Source: Octopus sinensis
Taxonomy: Eukaryota
DNA: 64,000 nt
Direction: 5' to 3'
Assembly (NCBI RefSeq): GCF_006345805.1
Contig: NC_043006.1
Coordinates: 4,960,001 to 5,024,000 of the forward strand
Shown in pieces: positions 25,150-38,529 of this stretch. Numbering within the stretch: the stretch's first letter is position 1; every line of letters begins with the position of its first letter. The notes under the pieces are model-generated. The model saw nothing but the letters and a program-made list of their open reading frames with translations. It did no database searches and had not been told where the DNA came from. The translations under genes and the position numbers were made by a program.

Positions 25150-25375
25150 TATATGTGTATCAATGTGTGACCGCGTGTGTATCGTCGGCGATCTTTTTTC
25201 CTCCGTCTTCCCTTCCTTGGATCTTTCCTTTTTCTATGTTTCTGATGAAGAGCTCCGCACAAAACGTTAAATACTCTTATTTCTTTCCTTTGGTGAGGTC
25301 CAATAACACTATACTTGTTCCACGTCTTCGCGTTGTTTGTGCTTTCTCTTTGTGTTTTCATGTTTGGATTAACTA
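25150..25375 (+). mobile_element. PLE-tail-like remnant with degenerate hammerhead (25238-25272)
   Basis: GTTT-CTGATGA-a-GAGCtccGCAC-AAAAC-GTT-AAAT; between microsatellites; similar to 20971. Confidence 0.55.
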
Positions 25376-25582
25376 TATATATACTATATATATATATATA
25401 TATATATAGATCTATAAATATATATAAAAAAAAACACCTTTTATCAATCAAAATGATTAAATTACACCATCTAGAAAATTACTTATAGCAGAAATATTAA
25501 AATATTGATTTAGTATTTCTAAATTGAATTTTTTCCCTGGAAGTTAGGATTAATATTCCCTCAAATAATAATAATAATATAT

Positions 25583-25637
<55 letters not shown>

Positions 25638-25789
25638 GTATACAAGCATATGCACATGCTTGTATATGTTTATATATATCATACACACACACAAGGATGC
25701 AGTGTTGAAGATGTTTGGTGCAGATTGACATTGAAATCTGTCGCATTAATATGTAACGTTTTCGACTACTTCCGTTGTTTCTAAAAGTG

Positions 25790-26197
25790 CTTGGAATCAA
25801 AGTGTGTAGAATGTTGGCATCTCAAAAAGAAGGTCGGGTTTCGGTTGAGATCTACCTGATTCGTCGAGGATGACGAAAACTGTTTCAAAACAGTCATAAC
25901 AGGTGACGAATCGTGGATCTATGGTTGTAACCCGAAACCAAGGCAAAAATCAAATCCGACTGAATAGGAACAAGGTTTCAAAACGTCGAGGGAATCCAAG
26001 AGAAAGCGACGAGGTAGCTTCTCGCTGTGCCCCCCAAAAGGAGTTCCAATAATGCTTCCATCAATGGAGAAGACGCTGGACGTTTGTGGCTTGAAAGGGA
26101 GACTACTTCAAAGGAAATTGATTAAATGCCGAATTGATACGTGCTGTTGTTTTCGTTTTATAGCATCAGTCCTGATATTTTTTTAGCAGACCTCGTG
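25790..26197 (+). mobile_element. mariner-type transposon, internally deleted remnant
   Basis: KTVITGDESWIYG motif, C-terminal GDYFKG, TIR-like end AGTCCTGATATTTTTTTAGCAGACCTCG. Confidence 0.7.
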
Positions 26198-26422
26198 TAC
26201 ATGTATATGTATGGGTGTGTATGTGTATGTGTATTTGTGCTTGTCCCTTACCATCACAGCTTCACAGCCGGTCTAGGTTTAATTACATTCCCGTAATTTT
26301 GCGTTTGAGATAGAGCGATCAATGGAATAAGTACCGGGTTCAAAAATACGTATTGGGTTCGATTCGTTCGACTAATACCCTTCAAGGCGATATCCCCGAA
26401 TGACCGCAGTCTAATAACTGAA

Positions 26423-26786
26423 ATAGGTATTTCGTCTGCCGTTACATTCTGAGTTCAAATTCCGTCGAGGTCGACTTTGCCTTTCATCCTTTCGGGGTAA
26501 ATTAAGTACCAGTTACACACTGAGATCGATATAATCGACTTAATCCCTTTGTCTGTCCTTGTTTGTCCTCTCTGTGTTTAGCCCCTTGTAGGTAGTAAAG
26601 AAATAGGTATTTCGTCTGCCGTTACATTCTGAGTTCAAATTCCGTCGAGGTCGACTTTGCTTTTCGTCCTTTCGGGGTAAATTAAGTACCAGTTACGCAC
26701 TGGAGTCGATCTAATCGACTTAATCCCTTTGTCTGTCCTTGTTTGTCCCCTGTATGTGTTTGGCCCCTTGTGATCAATAAAGAAAT
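26423..26786 (+). mobile_element. SINE family C, headless tandem dimer (180-bp period)
   Basis: GAAATA|GGTATTTCG at 26424 and 26604; both units share private variants. Confidence 0.85.
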
Positions 26787-26894
26787 ATGAAACAAATATA
26801 TTGGAGCGAAGAAAGCATGGACGAAGCAATGACGACAGACAGGCTTTGCCCTAATTGTGGCTTGTTAATGCATCACACCTTTTAGCGGTGTGCA

Positions 26895-27225
26895 TGCAAT
26901 GATCTATACAGTATTTGATCTATAGAATATCTGGTCTGCACAATACTTAATCTTTACATTATTTCCTTTATACAACATTTGATCGATATAATATGTCATC
27001 AGTTCATTATTGATCTGCGCAGTATTTGATCAGTTCAAAATTTGATCTGAACAATATTGCTATACAATATACGAATTATACAGTATTCGATCTATGCAAT
27101 ATTTGATCTTTACATTATTTGATCCATGCAACATTTTATCTACAGAATATTTGACCAGAACAGTATTGATCTGTTCAATATTTGCTATATACATTATGCT
27201 TTCTGTACAATATTTGATATGTGCA
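26895..27225. repeat. Degenerate ~16-bp minisatellite (ATATTTGATCTATACA-like), resumes at 27595-27640
   Basis: Recurrent (T)TTGATCT cores at about 16-bp spacing. Confidence 0.65.
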
Positions 27226-27230
27226 AGGCG

Positions 27231-27594
27231 TACTTCGTCCGCCGTTACGTTCTGAGTTCAAATTCCGCCGAGGTCGACTTTGCCTTTCATCTTTTCGGGG
27301 TCGATAAATTACGTACCACTTACGCACTGGGGTCGATGTAATCGACTTAATCAGTTTGTCTGTCCTTGTTTTCCTCCTTTGTGTTTAGCTCCCTGTGGGT
27401 AGTAAAGAAATAAGAAACGTTAGCATGCCGGGCGAAATGCTTCGCAGTATTTCGTCTGTCTTTATGTTCTGAGTTGAAATTCCGCCGAGGTCGACTTTGC
27501 CTTTCATCCTTTCGTGCTTGCGTACTGGCATCGATCTAATCGACTGGCCTCATCCCCAAAGATTTCGGTCCTTGTACCTAGAGTAGAAAAGAAT
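27231..27594 (+). mobile_element. SINE C + C/D dimer inserted in the minisatellite
   Basis: Two bodies joined at GAAATA|AGAAACGTTAG; flanked by AATATTTGATATGT(G/A)CAA. Confidence 0.75.
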
Positions 27595-27648
27595 ATTTGA
27601 TATGTACAAAATTTGACAAGAACATTTGATCTATACAATTCATCTACA

Positions 27649-27964
27649 CAGGAGTGGCTGTGTGGTAAGTAGCTTGCATACAAACTACATGATTTCGGGT
27701 TTGATCCCACTGCGTGGAACCTTAGGCAAGTGTCTTCTACTGTAGTCTCGGTCCGACCAAAGCCTTGTGAGTGGATTTGGTAGACGGAAACTGAAAGAAG
27801 CCCGTCGTATATATGCATATATATACATATATATATGTGTGTGTATATATATGTTTGTGTGTCTGTGTTTGTCCCACAACATCGCTTGACAACCGGTGGT
27901 GGTGTATTTACGTCGCCGCAACTTAGCGGCTTCGGAGAAAAAGACTGATAGAATAAGCCCGTCG

Positions 27965-28049
<85 letters not shown>

Positions 28050-28287
28050 CGGCGCGCGCGCGCGTGTGTGTGTGTGTTTGTGTGTCTGTATTTGCCCCCC
28101 CCAACGTCGCTTGACAACCGATGCCGGTGTTTTTACGTCCCCGTAACTAAACCGACAGAATAAGTACCAGGCTTACAAAGAATAAGTCCTGGGGTCGATT
28201 AGCTCGACTAAAGGCGGTGCTCCAGCATGGCTGCAATCAAGTGACTGAAACAAATAAAATAATAAAAGAATAAAAGAATAAAAGAAT
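27649..28287 (+). mobile_element. SINE family B with duplicated middle segment
   Basis: The GCCCGTCGTA-microsatellite-CGCTTGACAACCG segment occurs twice. Confidence 0.85.
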
Positions 28288-28964
28288 ATATCACAATCGT
28301 TTTATACAAAATTTCACCTGTACGATATATTTTGCCTCTTCAAAATATTTCTGAATCGGCCGCACTATACCATAAGTTACCCTTCTCGGCTACACTATAC
28401 CATCTTTAACTATTCTGAGAGATAACTTCTCTTCGAAATGTTTAACAGCCAACAGATCTTCCATTGTATAAAAACATACATTGCGATATGTCATTGATGA
28501 GTAATCTTAAGTTACTGTACTTATTTTGTTTTGTTTCGCTTTTCGTCCAGTAACAGTCGTGAAAAAAAAAAAAAAAGAAAAACAGTTGGCATTTACAGAT
28601 TTTCTACATAATACTGTTCTTATTCCAGTCGTCTTTGAAAATGTCAAAAACCGCACTTGGAATTGTTCTGCAACATTTCATTTTACCGATCAAGATAACA
28701 GACATCTTGGCTCTTCTCGAAACCGCCAGTCGTCTAAATGTGTGGCATCTGCTTCGCATTCCTGTTGACAAAAGTCAGTAAGGCAGACCGAAAATGTCAT
28801 GACATTTGTTAGATATCTACTTAAATCTAAAATATCAACAAAGGTAATTGTAGTAGCATTACAAATCAATGAAAACAAATCTTATAGTATAACTTTTAGA
28901 TCGACCTCCATGTTTCATCGCGTGTGACATCATTAAACATGGTGGAAGGTCTAACGAAATATGT

Positions 28965-29165
28965 ACGCACATATTTTACTTACAAATTATATACACAGAT
29001 TATACGTGGTGATTATACAGAGAGATTATACACACAAATTAAACACGCAGTTTATACAGTTTATACAGTTTATACAATTTATACACAGATTTTACGCACA
29101 AACTTTACACACAGATTATATAGAGGGTTATACACTCGGATTACACATAACGATTATACAGACAA
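28965..29165. repeat. Degenerate GATTATACACA-like short-period repeat
   Basis: Directly visible. Confidence 0.65.
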
Positions 29166-29584
29166 AATTGTTTTTGTGTTTGTAATTCTTTACCGCTTAT
29201 AAATATTTAGTTATCCAAGAAACTGATATATTCCCTAATTTACATTCTAATAAAGCTGTCTGTTTTGAATAGAGTAATTCTTGATATTTTCTATGAGCCG
29301 GACAATCAATATTTCTTACCTATCGATTTTTTTTTACATATTTCCATTACATTGTCAGGTTTAAAGCTTATTCAAGGTTTTAGCTTTCCGAGTAAATTCA
29401 TGTTTGAGAATTGTGTAGTCATGAATATATCAGTGTGTATACATACATACATATATAATAGATACATACGTACATAAATACATACATACATACATACATA
29501 CATACATACATACATACATACATACATACATACATACATACATACATACATACATACATACATACATGCGTACATACATACATA

Positions 29585-30819
29585 CGCGTGTAAGATATTT
29601 GAGAACAGATTTATGTTTATAAAAGACAGATACATAATAACAGATAGCAACTTTATTTATCAAAAAATGCTATGAGGATAAAAACAAACATTCTTTTTTA
29701 TAATGTTATTCAATTAAGCCACCTTCAACTTCAACAGCTGCTTCTATATGAGATCTAAATCATCTACATGCTCGAATCAAGTGGTCTTGGACATCTCTCT
29801 TACTATGGTGGCTTTCAAAGAATCTTTGGTGTTATGGGCGTGTTCATTGACCTCTCTCTCTCTCTCAACAATGTTCTAAATGTAATAGTCTAGTATATTG
29901 AGATCTGGGGAATTAGGAGGCCAAATGTTAGGAGTTATGTGATCATAAAAATTGTCAGTCATCCATTCCTGTGTTATTAGAGCCATGTATGATAATGCAG
30001 AGTCTTACTGAAACACATTTGGCCCTGCATTGCTTAACAATTATTTCCAGGACCTCAATGTAGTTGGCAGAGTTAACTCTAAGGTCTTGTGGAAAGAAGT
30101 AAGGAAGCATCACATGTCCTTCATTGCTGACAATCCCTAAAACCATGACAGTTGCAGGAAATTTTGTATGCATAACACTTGAAACTTGAGAAGGGTCTGC
30201 ACGTAACCATTTGTCATTTCTTCCGTTAACTTTTTGATCTTGGTCGAAGTTTTCTCGTTTGAGAAAAAACCAAATCAAATCTTCTGCTGGATTTTTCAGT
30301 TTGTTTAAGAGCCTTTTAGATCTGTCGTAGTGATTTTCTTTTGCTTTTTCTGAGAAATTGACCTTTCCTCATCATAAATGACTTATATCTGATGTCTTCG
30401 AAGACAACATTTCTGACTATTTCTTCTGACACATGGAGATCTTTCGCAATTGACTTCATTGAATTTCTGGGATTGTAATCAATGGTCTGTTGAATTTGTT
30501 GGATAAATTCAGGTGTTCTGATGATTTCAGAGAGTTTAGAATGTTTTTTATGCTTTGATATTGGTGATACGTTTCCATCGTCAGTCTCTAGCTCCTTACT
30601 AACTTTGTAGACGCAAGATCTGGCAACTTTTAAAAATCGAGATATTTCTAAATCGCTATGCTCAGCCCTTGCAACCACAATAACAGCATGCCTATTCACT
30701 TCTTGAGTAAGCCGAGGGTCTGCTGTTATTATTTTCTGAAACAAAGATTATACAGAGTTAGCAAACAAATGCAGCAATGACCTCAAAAAGGCATGTCCTC
30801 AAATACCTTACGCACCCTG
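29585..30819 (-). mobile_element. Tc1/mariner superfamily DD37D (maT-like) transposon, near full length, decayed
   Basis: N-terminal HTH-type ORF 30316-30744; DQDQKVNGRNDKW..VMHTKFPATVMVLGIVSNEGHVM; WPPNSPDLNILDYY; TIR CAGGGTGCGTAAGGTATTTGAGGACA with a decayed partner at about 29585-29606. Confidence 0.85.
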
Positions 30820-32107
30820 TATTTTATTTCTGGTGTTACTGTATGATATTAAAAAAGTATCTTGCTTAAGGTTGTAATTTAACAAAGACGAGGTATACAT
30901 TCACAGGGTCAAGTTATTATTTAGATACACACAGAGAAACACACATACATACACACGCACACACACTCACTCCTTCACTCTCTCTCTCTCTCACCTACGC
31001 AAACACTCACTCACACACATACACCCATATATGTACACACCTCATTTAAATTACGGATATTAAATTTATATTTTACTTCGTATTTTAAAACATTAGATAA
31101 TGTTCACTTTACTAAATGACAATAAATCAAACGGAGAACAAGAATAAGCATTTTTAGTGAGAAATGTAGACTAAACATTGCAATATAAACATATTTGAGA
31201 TCTAGAATGGAAGATAACGAAATGGATAAATTTGTTATGTTTGTATTGCTTTCATTCTCGGTTGCATGTAAGCAATAGATGTTGGCATTCTGCGACACAA
31301 TGTCTGGACAATTTAAACAGCTAGAGTACCTGTATTCTGTTACAAAGTTTACTGCGTCCATTTTAACATCAACAAACAATACATAACGTTAACATTTGCT
31401 GACTTTAAAATCTCATATATTAAATGTTAACATTAAAAATATAATTTGTATGAGAGAAGTTTTTGTTAATCTGATTGCGATCTTCTCGGCCTCTTCTTTT
31501 GTAGTTGTGAATTTTTTTTTAATATTCACGTCTACGTTTCGTTAGATTTGACCTCCGATCGTCGTCAGATGTCCTATTCATAGATATACAGATAGAACTT
31601 GACTAGATTAGAACTAGGGGATTTTATTTCTGGGTTAAAAGTAATCATGCGGATATCTGCTATGTATGTATGTATGTATGTATGTATGTATGTATGTATG
31701 TATGTATGTATGTATGTTATGTATCTATGTGTGTATGTATGTACATACACACACACATATATTTTGGGACTAATGGGTATATATCGATTAGTGAGTTGAA
31801 GTGTTGCCAGACAGCCTTATATATAGATGTACTGGACGAGACCCAAACTGTAAAATTGATGCAACACGACATGTTGAACGGATTCCTAGCCATAAGGGAC
31901 AACAGCAGGATGGGTCGACATTTATGTTGTACGACATGAAGATTAATACCACATCCATCTTCTCGTTACTTAAGAAATTATATATATATAAATATATATA
32001 TATGTATATATACGTATATATATATATACATATATATAATATATATATATATAAATTAGAAAAAAGTACCTTTTATCAATTCAAAATGAACAATTAAATT
32101 ACAATTA

Positions 32108-32168
32108 AATAATAATAAAAACGTATATATTTGGTAGAATAACAAATATATACGTTTTTATTATTATT
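32108..32168. repeat. Perfect 26-bp-arm inverted repeat
   Basis: AATAATAATAAAAACGTATATATTTG-9 nt-CAAATATATACGTTTTTATTATTATT. Confidence 0.9.
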
Positions 32169-32291
32169 TTGCAATTTACTTAATCATGAGTACATTATTG
32201 TTTTTTATTTCTAATATTTCTATTATATGTAATTTCTAGATGGGTGTAATTTAATTGCTCATTTTGAATTAAAAGGTTGTTTTTTTTATAA

Positions 32292-32331
<40 letters not shown>

Positions 32332-32438
32332 TTTGTGAAATTTGATTTAGTATTTTAAATTGAATTTTTCCCTGTAAGTTAGGAATAATATTCCCCTCAA
32401 ATAATTATTATATATATATGTATATATACACACACACA

Positions 32439-32482
<44 letters not shown>

Positions 32483-33369
32483 ATGGACTCTCCTGTCGTT
32501 AGACGACGTATGAGAGTTCGACAATTCTTACCGAACAACCACACAGATGATTTGTTTACAGTGAGCAAATGTTTGTGCACATTTCTGCTTAGTATTCAGT
32601 GTACTCATCTTTGTGTATTTAAAAATTAAGTCACATAATGACGATCAGAATCAAAAGAGACTGAAACGATTTAAATGTTTTAGATTGTTTCATATCTAAT
32701 AATGAGTTAGACAATCCGAAATATAATCGTATTAATTGGCAATATATTTTCATTTCCTTACAATAAAGAATTATTATAATGTACCTGTTAAATAGAAATA
32801 GTATTCTCAGTGCTAGAGATATTTAAGCATCGAATTTTAGAAATGGGCCAGCTAATGCCAAAACAGATTGATTTAATTTTCTGTGAAGAATCTGCACATT
32901 ATCCCTAGATATAGTTAGAACTGAAAACAGTAAAAGCGACAGAGAATAAAATATATCCGTATCAGATGTGTTTGAGTTGTCTGTTTAAAGGTATAAACAA
33001 CCTAATTTGTACCAGTGAAGCTAATAAATACTTGTAATTATGATGTTAGCGAAGTGGGTGCGATAAACTACACCAGGGTTCGAACTTATATTAAAATTAG
33101 TTTACGTCACTAGCATTCTTAGGAAACTATGAACATCCACATCTCATCAAATAAATCGTTTGGTTTATTTCAAAGAACGACTATGTATCTTATTAGAGAA
33201 AAAGCGAAGTGCAAGAGATAAGTTCATAACAAGTACTTTCAGCGATCCCATGTTGTTCAGTTACCGAATCCATATTCCATCCTCTTGAAATAAATAGTTT
33301 TATGTACTCGCACACGCAAACACAAATCTGCTACATATACACATATATGAGTGAGTCTGTGTGTGTCCT

Positions 33370-33560
33370 CATTCAGTTGCTTCTCCTTCTCTGGGGAATT
33401 TTATAAACATGTTAGCGATGGCGCATTGGGTACTCAGATGGACCCCAATAACGCAAACATCTTTGCAGACCGCATCGCGGATCAGATCTTTGCCCAGTTC
33501 GCGTAACTTAATCTACAAGTATTGTCATTACATTGATGGCTGCACCTGAGCTATCATTAG
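33370..33560 (+). mobile_element. Penelope-like RT catalytic-core remnant
   Basis: EFYKHVSDGALGTQMDPNNANIFADRIADQIF, then YCHYIDGC in a shifted frame (PLE GxAMG..ANIF..YIDD pattern). Confidence 0.65.
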
Positions 33561-34162
33561 CTCGATAGGTTCATTTTTATAGCTCCAACTCCAATCCCCT
33601 TTTTCCGCATCCGAAACGACTCAAACACTCAGCTTATCTTTTTGTCTTTCTTACGTTTCCTTCTCCCTCTCTCACCAAGTTTTTATCCTACCGAATCTCC
33701 AGACTCCACGTGCCACACAGGTTTTGTGTCACCCATTAGCTGATGCCGGTGACTCTGATATGGCAGCTGTAAAACTACCTCCTCCCCTCTCTCTCTCTCT
33801 CTCTCTCTCTCTCCTTATTTACCATTTCATCTCAACTCAGAAGGTCTTTGTCCAGAACGTCAGAAGCGCCATTACTTACATATGTATTTAATTCTTTCTT
33901 TACTTTTCCTTATACATACATACATACGCATATCCATCCATCCATCCATCCCTCCATCTATATATATATAAGATTGCTAGTGACGTAAACCGATTGTTGA
34001 TGCAAATAGAAATCAAAACATGAGTATACAGTCGTCAGTTTCTTGAAAATGGGGTCAGAACCCCGAAATAGTGATTACATTAATTCATATATTTGCTTTC
34101 TTGGGATTTGCCTTGCATTTACTTCGCATGGTTCTGGCCTCACCCACGATCCTTTATATATA

Positions 34163-34205
<43 letters not shown>

Positions 34206-34339
34206 TATATATATATATGTAGGTCCCGGGTGAGTCGGGGTTAACCACAGTAAATAGGTACTAATACATGAAACAGTTCTAGTCCTGTAGAAGCTCCTTC
34301 TATAAAATAAATAATATATATATATATATATTATATATA

Positions 34340-34430
<91 letters not shown>

Positions 34431-35086
34431 GTATTAACAAATAACAAAAGAAAGAAACTCGATATTAGAGTCGTAGAGGATTATTTATATATGTTATAAA
34501 TATAACAAACAGTAAACGATTGTCATTACAATACTCGGAGTTTCGATTATTCTCGTCGGATATTAATGTTAACAGACACTACGAAAAACCGTTAAATATA
34601 AGGGAAATAACTCTAATAGGTGGAAAAAGAAGAAACAGAAAAAGATAAAAAATAATATAAAAGATATGTAAAATATATATGTAAAAATATACTCACAACC
34701 GTATTCTCACAAACCTCCTGCATTCACAACGTGTACAGACTCACACAAGCATGGTTAAGTACATGCACATACACAAGCATATATTTCATGTACGTACTCA
34801 CACATACACACATATCTACATACACACGTACACAGCTATATATATATATATATATATGCTTATATATATATATATATATATAATATATATATATATATAT
34901 AACGCATCGTCATATATACATAGGTGCTTGCGTGTATACATGTAACATAATACATATATATTTAGACATTTATACGCATAAATATACAAACATACATGCA
35001 TACACACATATATCCTAGCGCTTCGCTCCGGCATTTGAAACTCCGAGTACTATAATGACAAACCTTTTTCTGTGTTTTAATCTATA

Positions 35087-35181
<95 letters not shown>

Positions 35182-35357
35182 GTATATATGCTAGGCAACA
35201 GAGTGACTCAAGGACCAAGAGTTTCGTGCGTTAGCACTTACCAAGAGACGTCTGATTCCCACGAGCTAGGTTCTTGTGATGAGCGTACGAAACTTAAAGT
35301 TGCATGAGACCGAATGAAACTTTCTCAAGTTGTAAAAATAATAATAATAATGATAAT

Positions 35358-35402
<45 letters not shown>

Positions 35403-35875
35403 CTTGGTATAAAAGATGGGCTACAGCAAATATTCTGCTCAATACCACAGATTTGCTTGTCAGTTGTTTGACCTTAACCAGTTGAGCATGTCCCTTAGTG
35501 GCTGACGATATGTGCATCTCTGATCACGAGCAGAAGTAGTGGGGGAGCATCATAGCCATGTGTTGAGAGGGATTCTTTGGGGTTTGAATAGTTCACCTCT
35601 GGAAACATGGGTGTTTCTTTCAACATCCTTAAGCAACCCTTATTCAGGGACCGTTTGAGCGGGATGGGCTACTCAACCTGAAGAAAATTCTAACTGGGCC
35701 CCACCTGCAAGGTCATGTGCTGTTTATCTTGATATGAGATCACCATGTCGCGCACATATGGTTGTGATGCATGTGCCTGGTGTACCTTTATCAGACGGGT
35801 AGTCATGATGGGTATATCGGGCTTCGCATATTTTACCCCAGTGTCACTTTGATGACATGAACTGCTCTTTCACTC
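35403..35875. mobile_element. (AAT)n-flanked repeat family E, truncated copy
   Basis: Highly similar to 35915-36475 and 59541-60044. Confidence 0.85.
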
Positions 35876-35914
<39 letters not shown>

Positions 35915-35918
<4 letters not shown>

Positions 35919-36475
35919 GCCCTGATGCAGTACCAGGCAGTGGCTCTCATGGCTTCTGATCTTAACTGATTGGAAGTGTTATCATGTACATTGTTTTGTC
36001 TTGGTATAAAAGATGGACTACAGCAAATATTCTGCTCAATACCACAGATTTGCTTGTCAGTTGTTTGACCTTAACCAGTTGAGCATGTCCCTTAGTGGCT
36101 GACGATATGTGCATCTCTGATCACGAACAGAAGTAGTGGCGGTGGGGCATCATAGCCATGTGTTGAGAGGGATTCTTTGGGGTTTGTATAATTCACCTTT
36201 GGAAACATGGGTGGTTCGTTCAACATCCTTAAACAACTCTTATTCAGGGACCGTTTGAGCGGGATGGGCTACTCAACCTGAAGAAAATTCTAACTGGGCC
36301 CCACCTGCAAGGTCATGTGCTGTTTATCTTGATATGAGATCACCATGTCGCGCACATATGGTTGTGATGCATGTGCCTGGTGTACCTTTATCAGACGGGT
36401 AGTCATGATGGGTATGCTGGGCTTCGTATATTTTACCCCAGTGTCACTTTGATGGCATGCACTGCTCTCTCACTC
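35915..36475. mobile_element. (AAT)n-flanked repeat family E, ~560 bp
   Basis: Termini AAATGCCCTGATGCAG and GCTCTCTCACTC, both abutting (AAT)n. Confidence 0.85.
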
Positions 36476-36549
36476 AATAATAATAATAATAATAATAATA
36501 ACAATAATGATAATAATAATAATGATAATGATAATAATAATAATATATG

Positions 36550-36945
36550 CGCGTGGCAGTGTGGTAAGTAGCTTGCTTACCAACCACATGGTTCTGGGTT
36601 CAGTCCCACTACGTGGAACCTTGGGCAAGTGTCTTCTACTTTAGCTTTGGGTCGACCAAAACCTTGTGAGTGGATTTGGTAGACGGAAACTGGAAGAAGC
36701 ACGTCTTATATATATATGTATATATTTATGTGTGTATATGTCAGTGTTTGTTCCCCGCCCCGACGTCACTTGATAACTGATGCTCGTGTGTTAATGTCCT
36801 TTTAACTTAGCAGTGCGGTAAAAGAGTTCAATAGAATAAGTACTAGGCTTACAAATAATAAGTCTTAGGGTCGAGCTCTTCGACTGAAACCCTTTACGGT
36901 CGTGCTTCACCATGACCGCAGTCAAAATGATTGAACAAGTAAAAG

Positions 36946-36946
<1 letters not shown>
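36550..36946 (+). mobile_element. SINE family B
   Basis: Head to tail match. Confidence 0.8.
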
Positions 36947-36992
<46 letters not shown>

Positions 36993-37068
36993 TATATAAT
37001 ATATATATATATTATATTATATATATATATACGTACATACATACATACATACATACATACATACATAC

Positions 37069-37109
<41 letters not shown>

Positions 37110-37111
<2 letters not shown>

Positions 37112-37410
37112 TTCAGCAAAAATTTAGATTCAAATGAATATGGTACTTAATTTAGATGCACCAGAATTCTGTATGGTGTTATCCATATAAATCCGTGGGG
37201 GTGATTATAATCAAAATAGGCAACAAGAATGACTCCGGTAATTTGGTACGATCGTTTCGTACTACATCATTTTATTAAATGTTGTAAGTATTACAACCAT
37301 TTTAAAACACAGCATTTTACAGCATTTTAATACTTACAACATTTAATAAAATGATATAGTACGAAACAATCGTACCAAATTACCGGAGTCATTCTTGTTG
37401 CTTATTTTGA

Positions 37411-37412
<2 letters not shown>
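37110..37412. mobile_element. (TA)n-embedded palindromic PLE-tail element
   Basis: ~83-bp arms at 37211-37293 and 37327-37410 carrying GAAAC-GATC-GTA; related sequence at 50940-51180. Confidence 0.75.
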
Positions 37413-37480
<68 letters not shown>

Positions 37481-37500
37481 ACATCAGAATCTTGCAAAAC

Positions 37501-37558
<58 letters not shown>

Positions 37559-37784
37559 ATTATATATATATATATATATATATAATGTAAGCAGAGTTAG
37601 CGGTTATAATACTGACTAAAGGATAAAATATCGTATATACTATTGGTATCCGTTACCCATGTTATCTAGGCATGAGTAAGCAGACACACTATGCTTGTAG
37701 TGTACAGGTAACAACAGAATAAACAAAAGTTTATCAGGAAACAAATATAATCAGAAAATGGAAAAAACTTCAGATCAACAGGTA

Positions 37785-38235
37785 CATCAATTAGACCACA
37801 TTCATAGCTTATTATTTAATACAAAACAGATCTTACGGCCGTTTCCACATCTGGTGCAGATCATTGTTTAGAAATAATTGCGAAAATATTTTTACTCCCT
37901 TCACCAATACTAGTTATTACTTACGGACTTCCGTAACCCTAGGATGGTAGATTATATGCTTTTAATATTTTGGTCTTCCAGACTTCTTTTCTAGATCATG
38001 TTTCCTTTCCTATTCCTTCTTCCTTTTGTATATTTTGGATGCTTTTGTTTTAATCTGATGAAGCACCGTGCCATGATATAAATGTCCTATGAAGATGAGG
38101 AATTTTATTTTCGCAGTTATTTGTAAATATTGATCGGCACCGGATGCGGAAACGGCCATAGGATTTGTTATGTCACTTAAATGTTATGCCATGTTTTGTA
38201 TTAAATAATAAGCTATAAATATGTTCCAATTGATG
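37785..38235. mobile_element. Diverged inverted pair of hammerhead-like tails
   Basis: 37785-37890 is the inverse of about 38105-38235; CTGATGA near 38046, GAAACGGCC(G/A)TA in both arms. Confidence 0.6.
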
Positions 38236-38498
38236 TCTTTGTTGATATATATATATATATATATATATAATCTAGTAAAGCTCTTGCTATTGTGAGTATG
38301 TATACGTAAATATACTTGTGTGTATGTTTGTGCGTGTAGAGGTGAGTGTAAGAAGCCTACTGCAACTCTAAGTTAAATGGGGTCGAAGCAAACTATTCTA
38401 AATAGTAATGCATACGTATGTATGTATGTATGTATGTATGTATGTATGTATGTATGTATGTATGTATGTATGTATGTATGTATGTATGCGCGTGTATG

Positions 38499-38529
<31 letters not shown>

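Noticed and set aside
36380-36475. HDV-like ribozyme at the end of family E
   Set aside because: Some GGGTA/TACCC pairings, but I could not assemble the nested double-pseudoknot topology by eye
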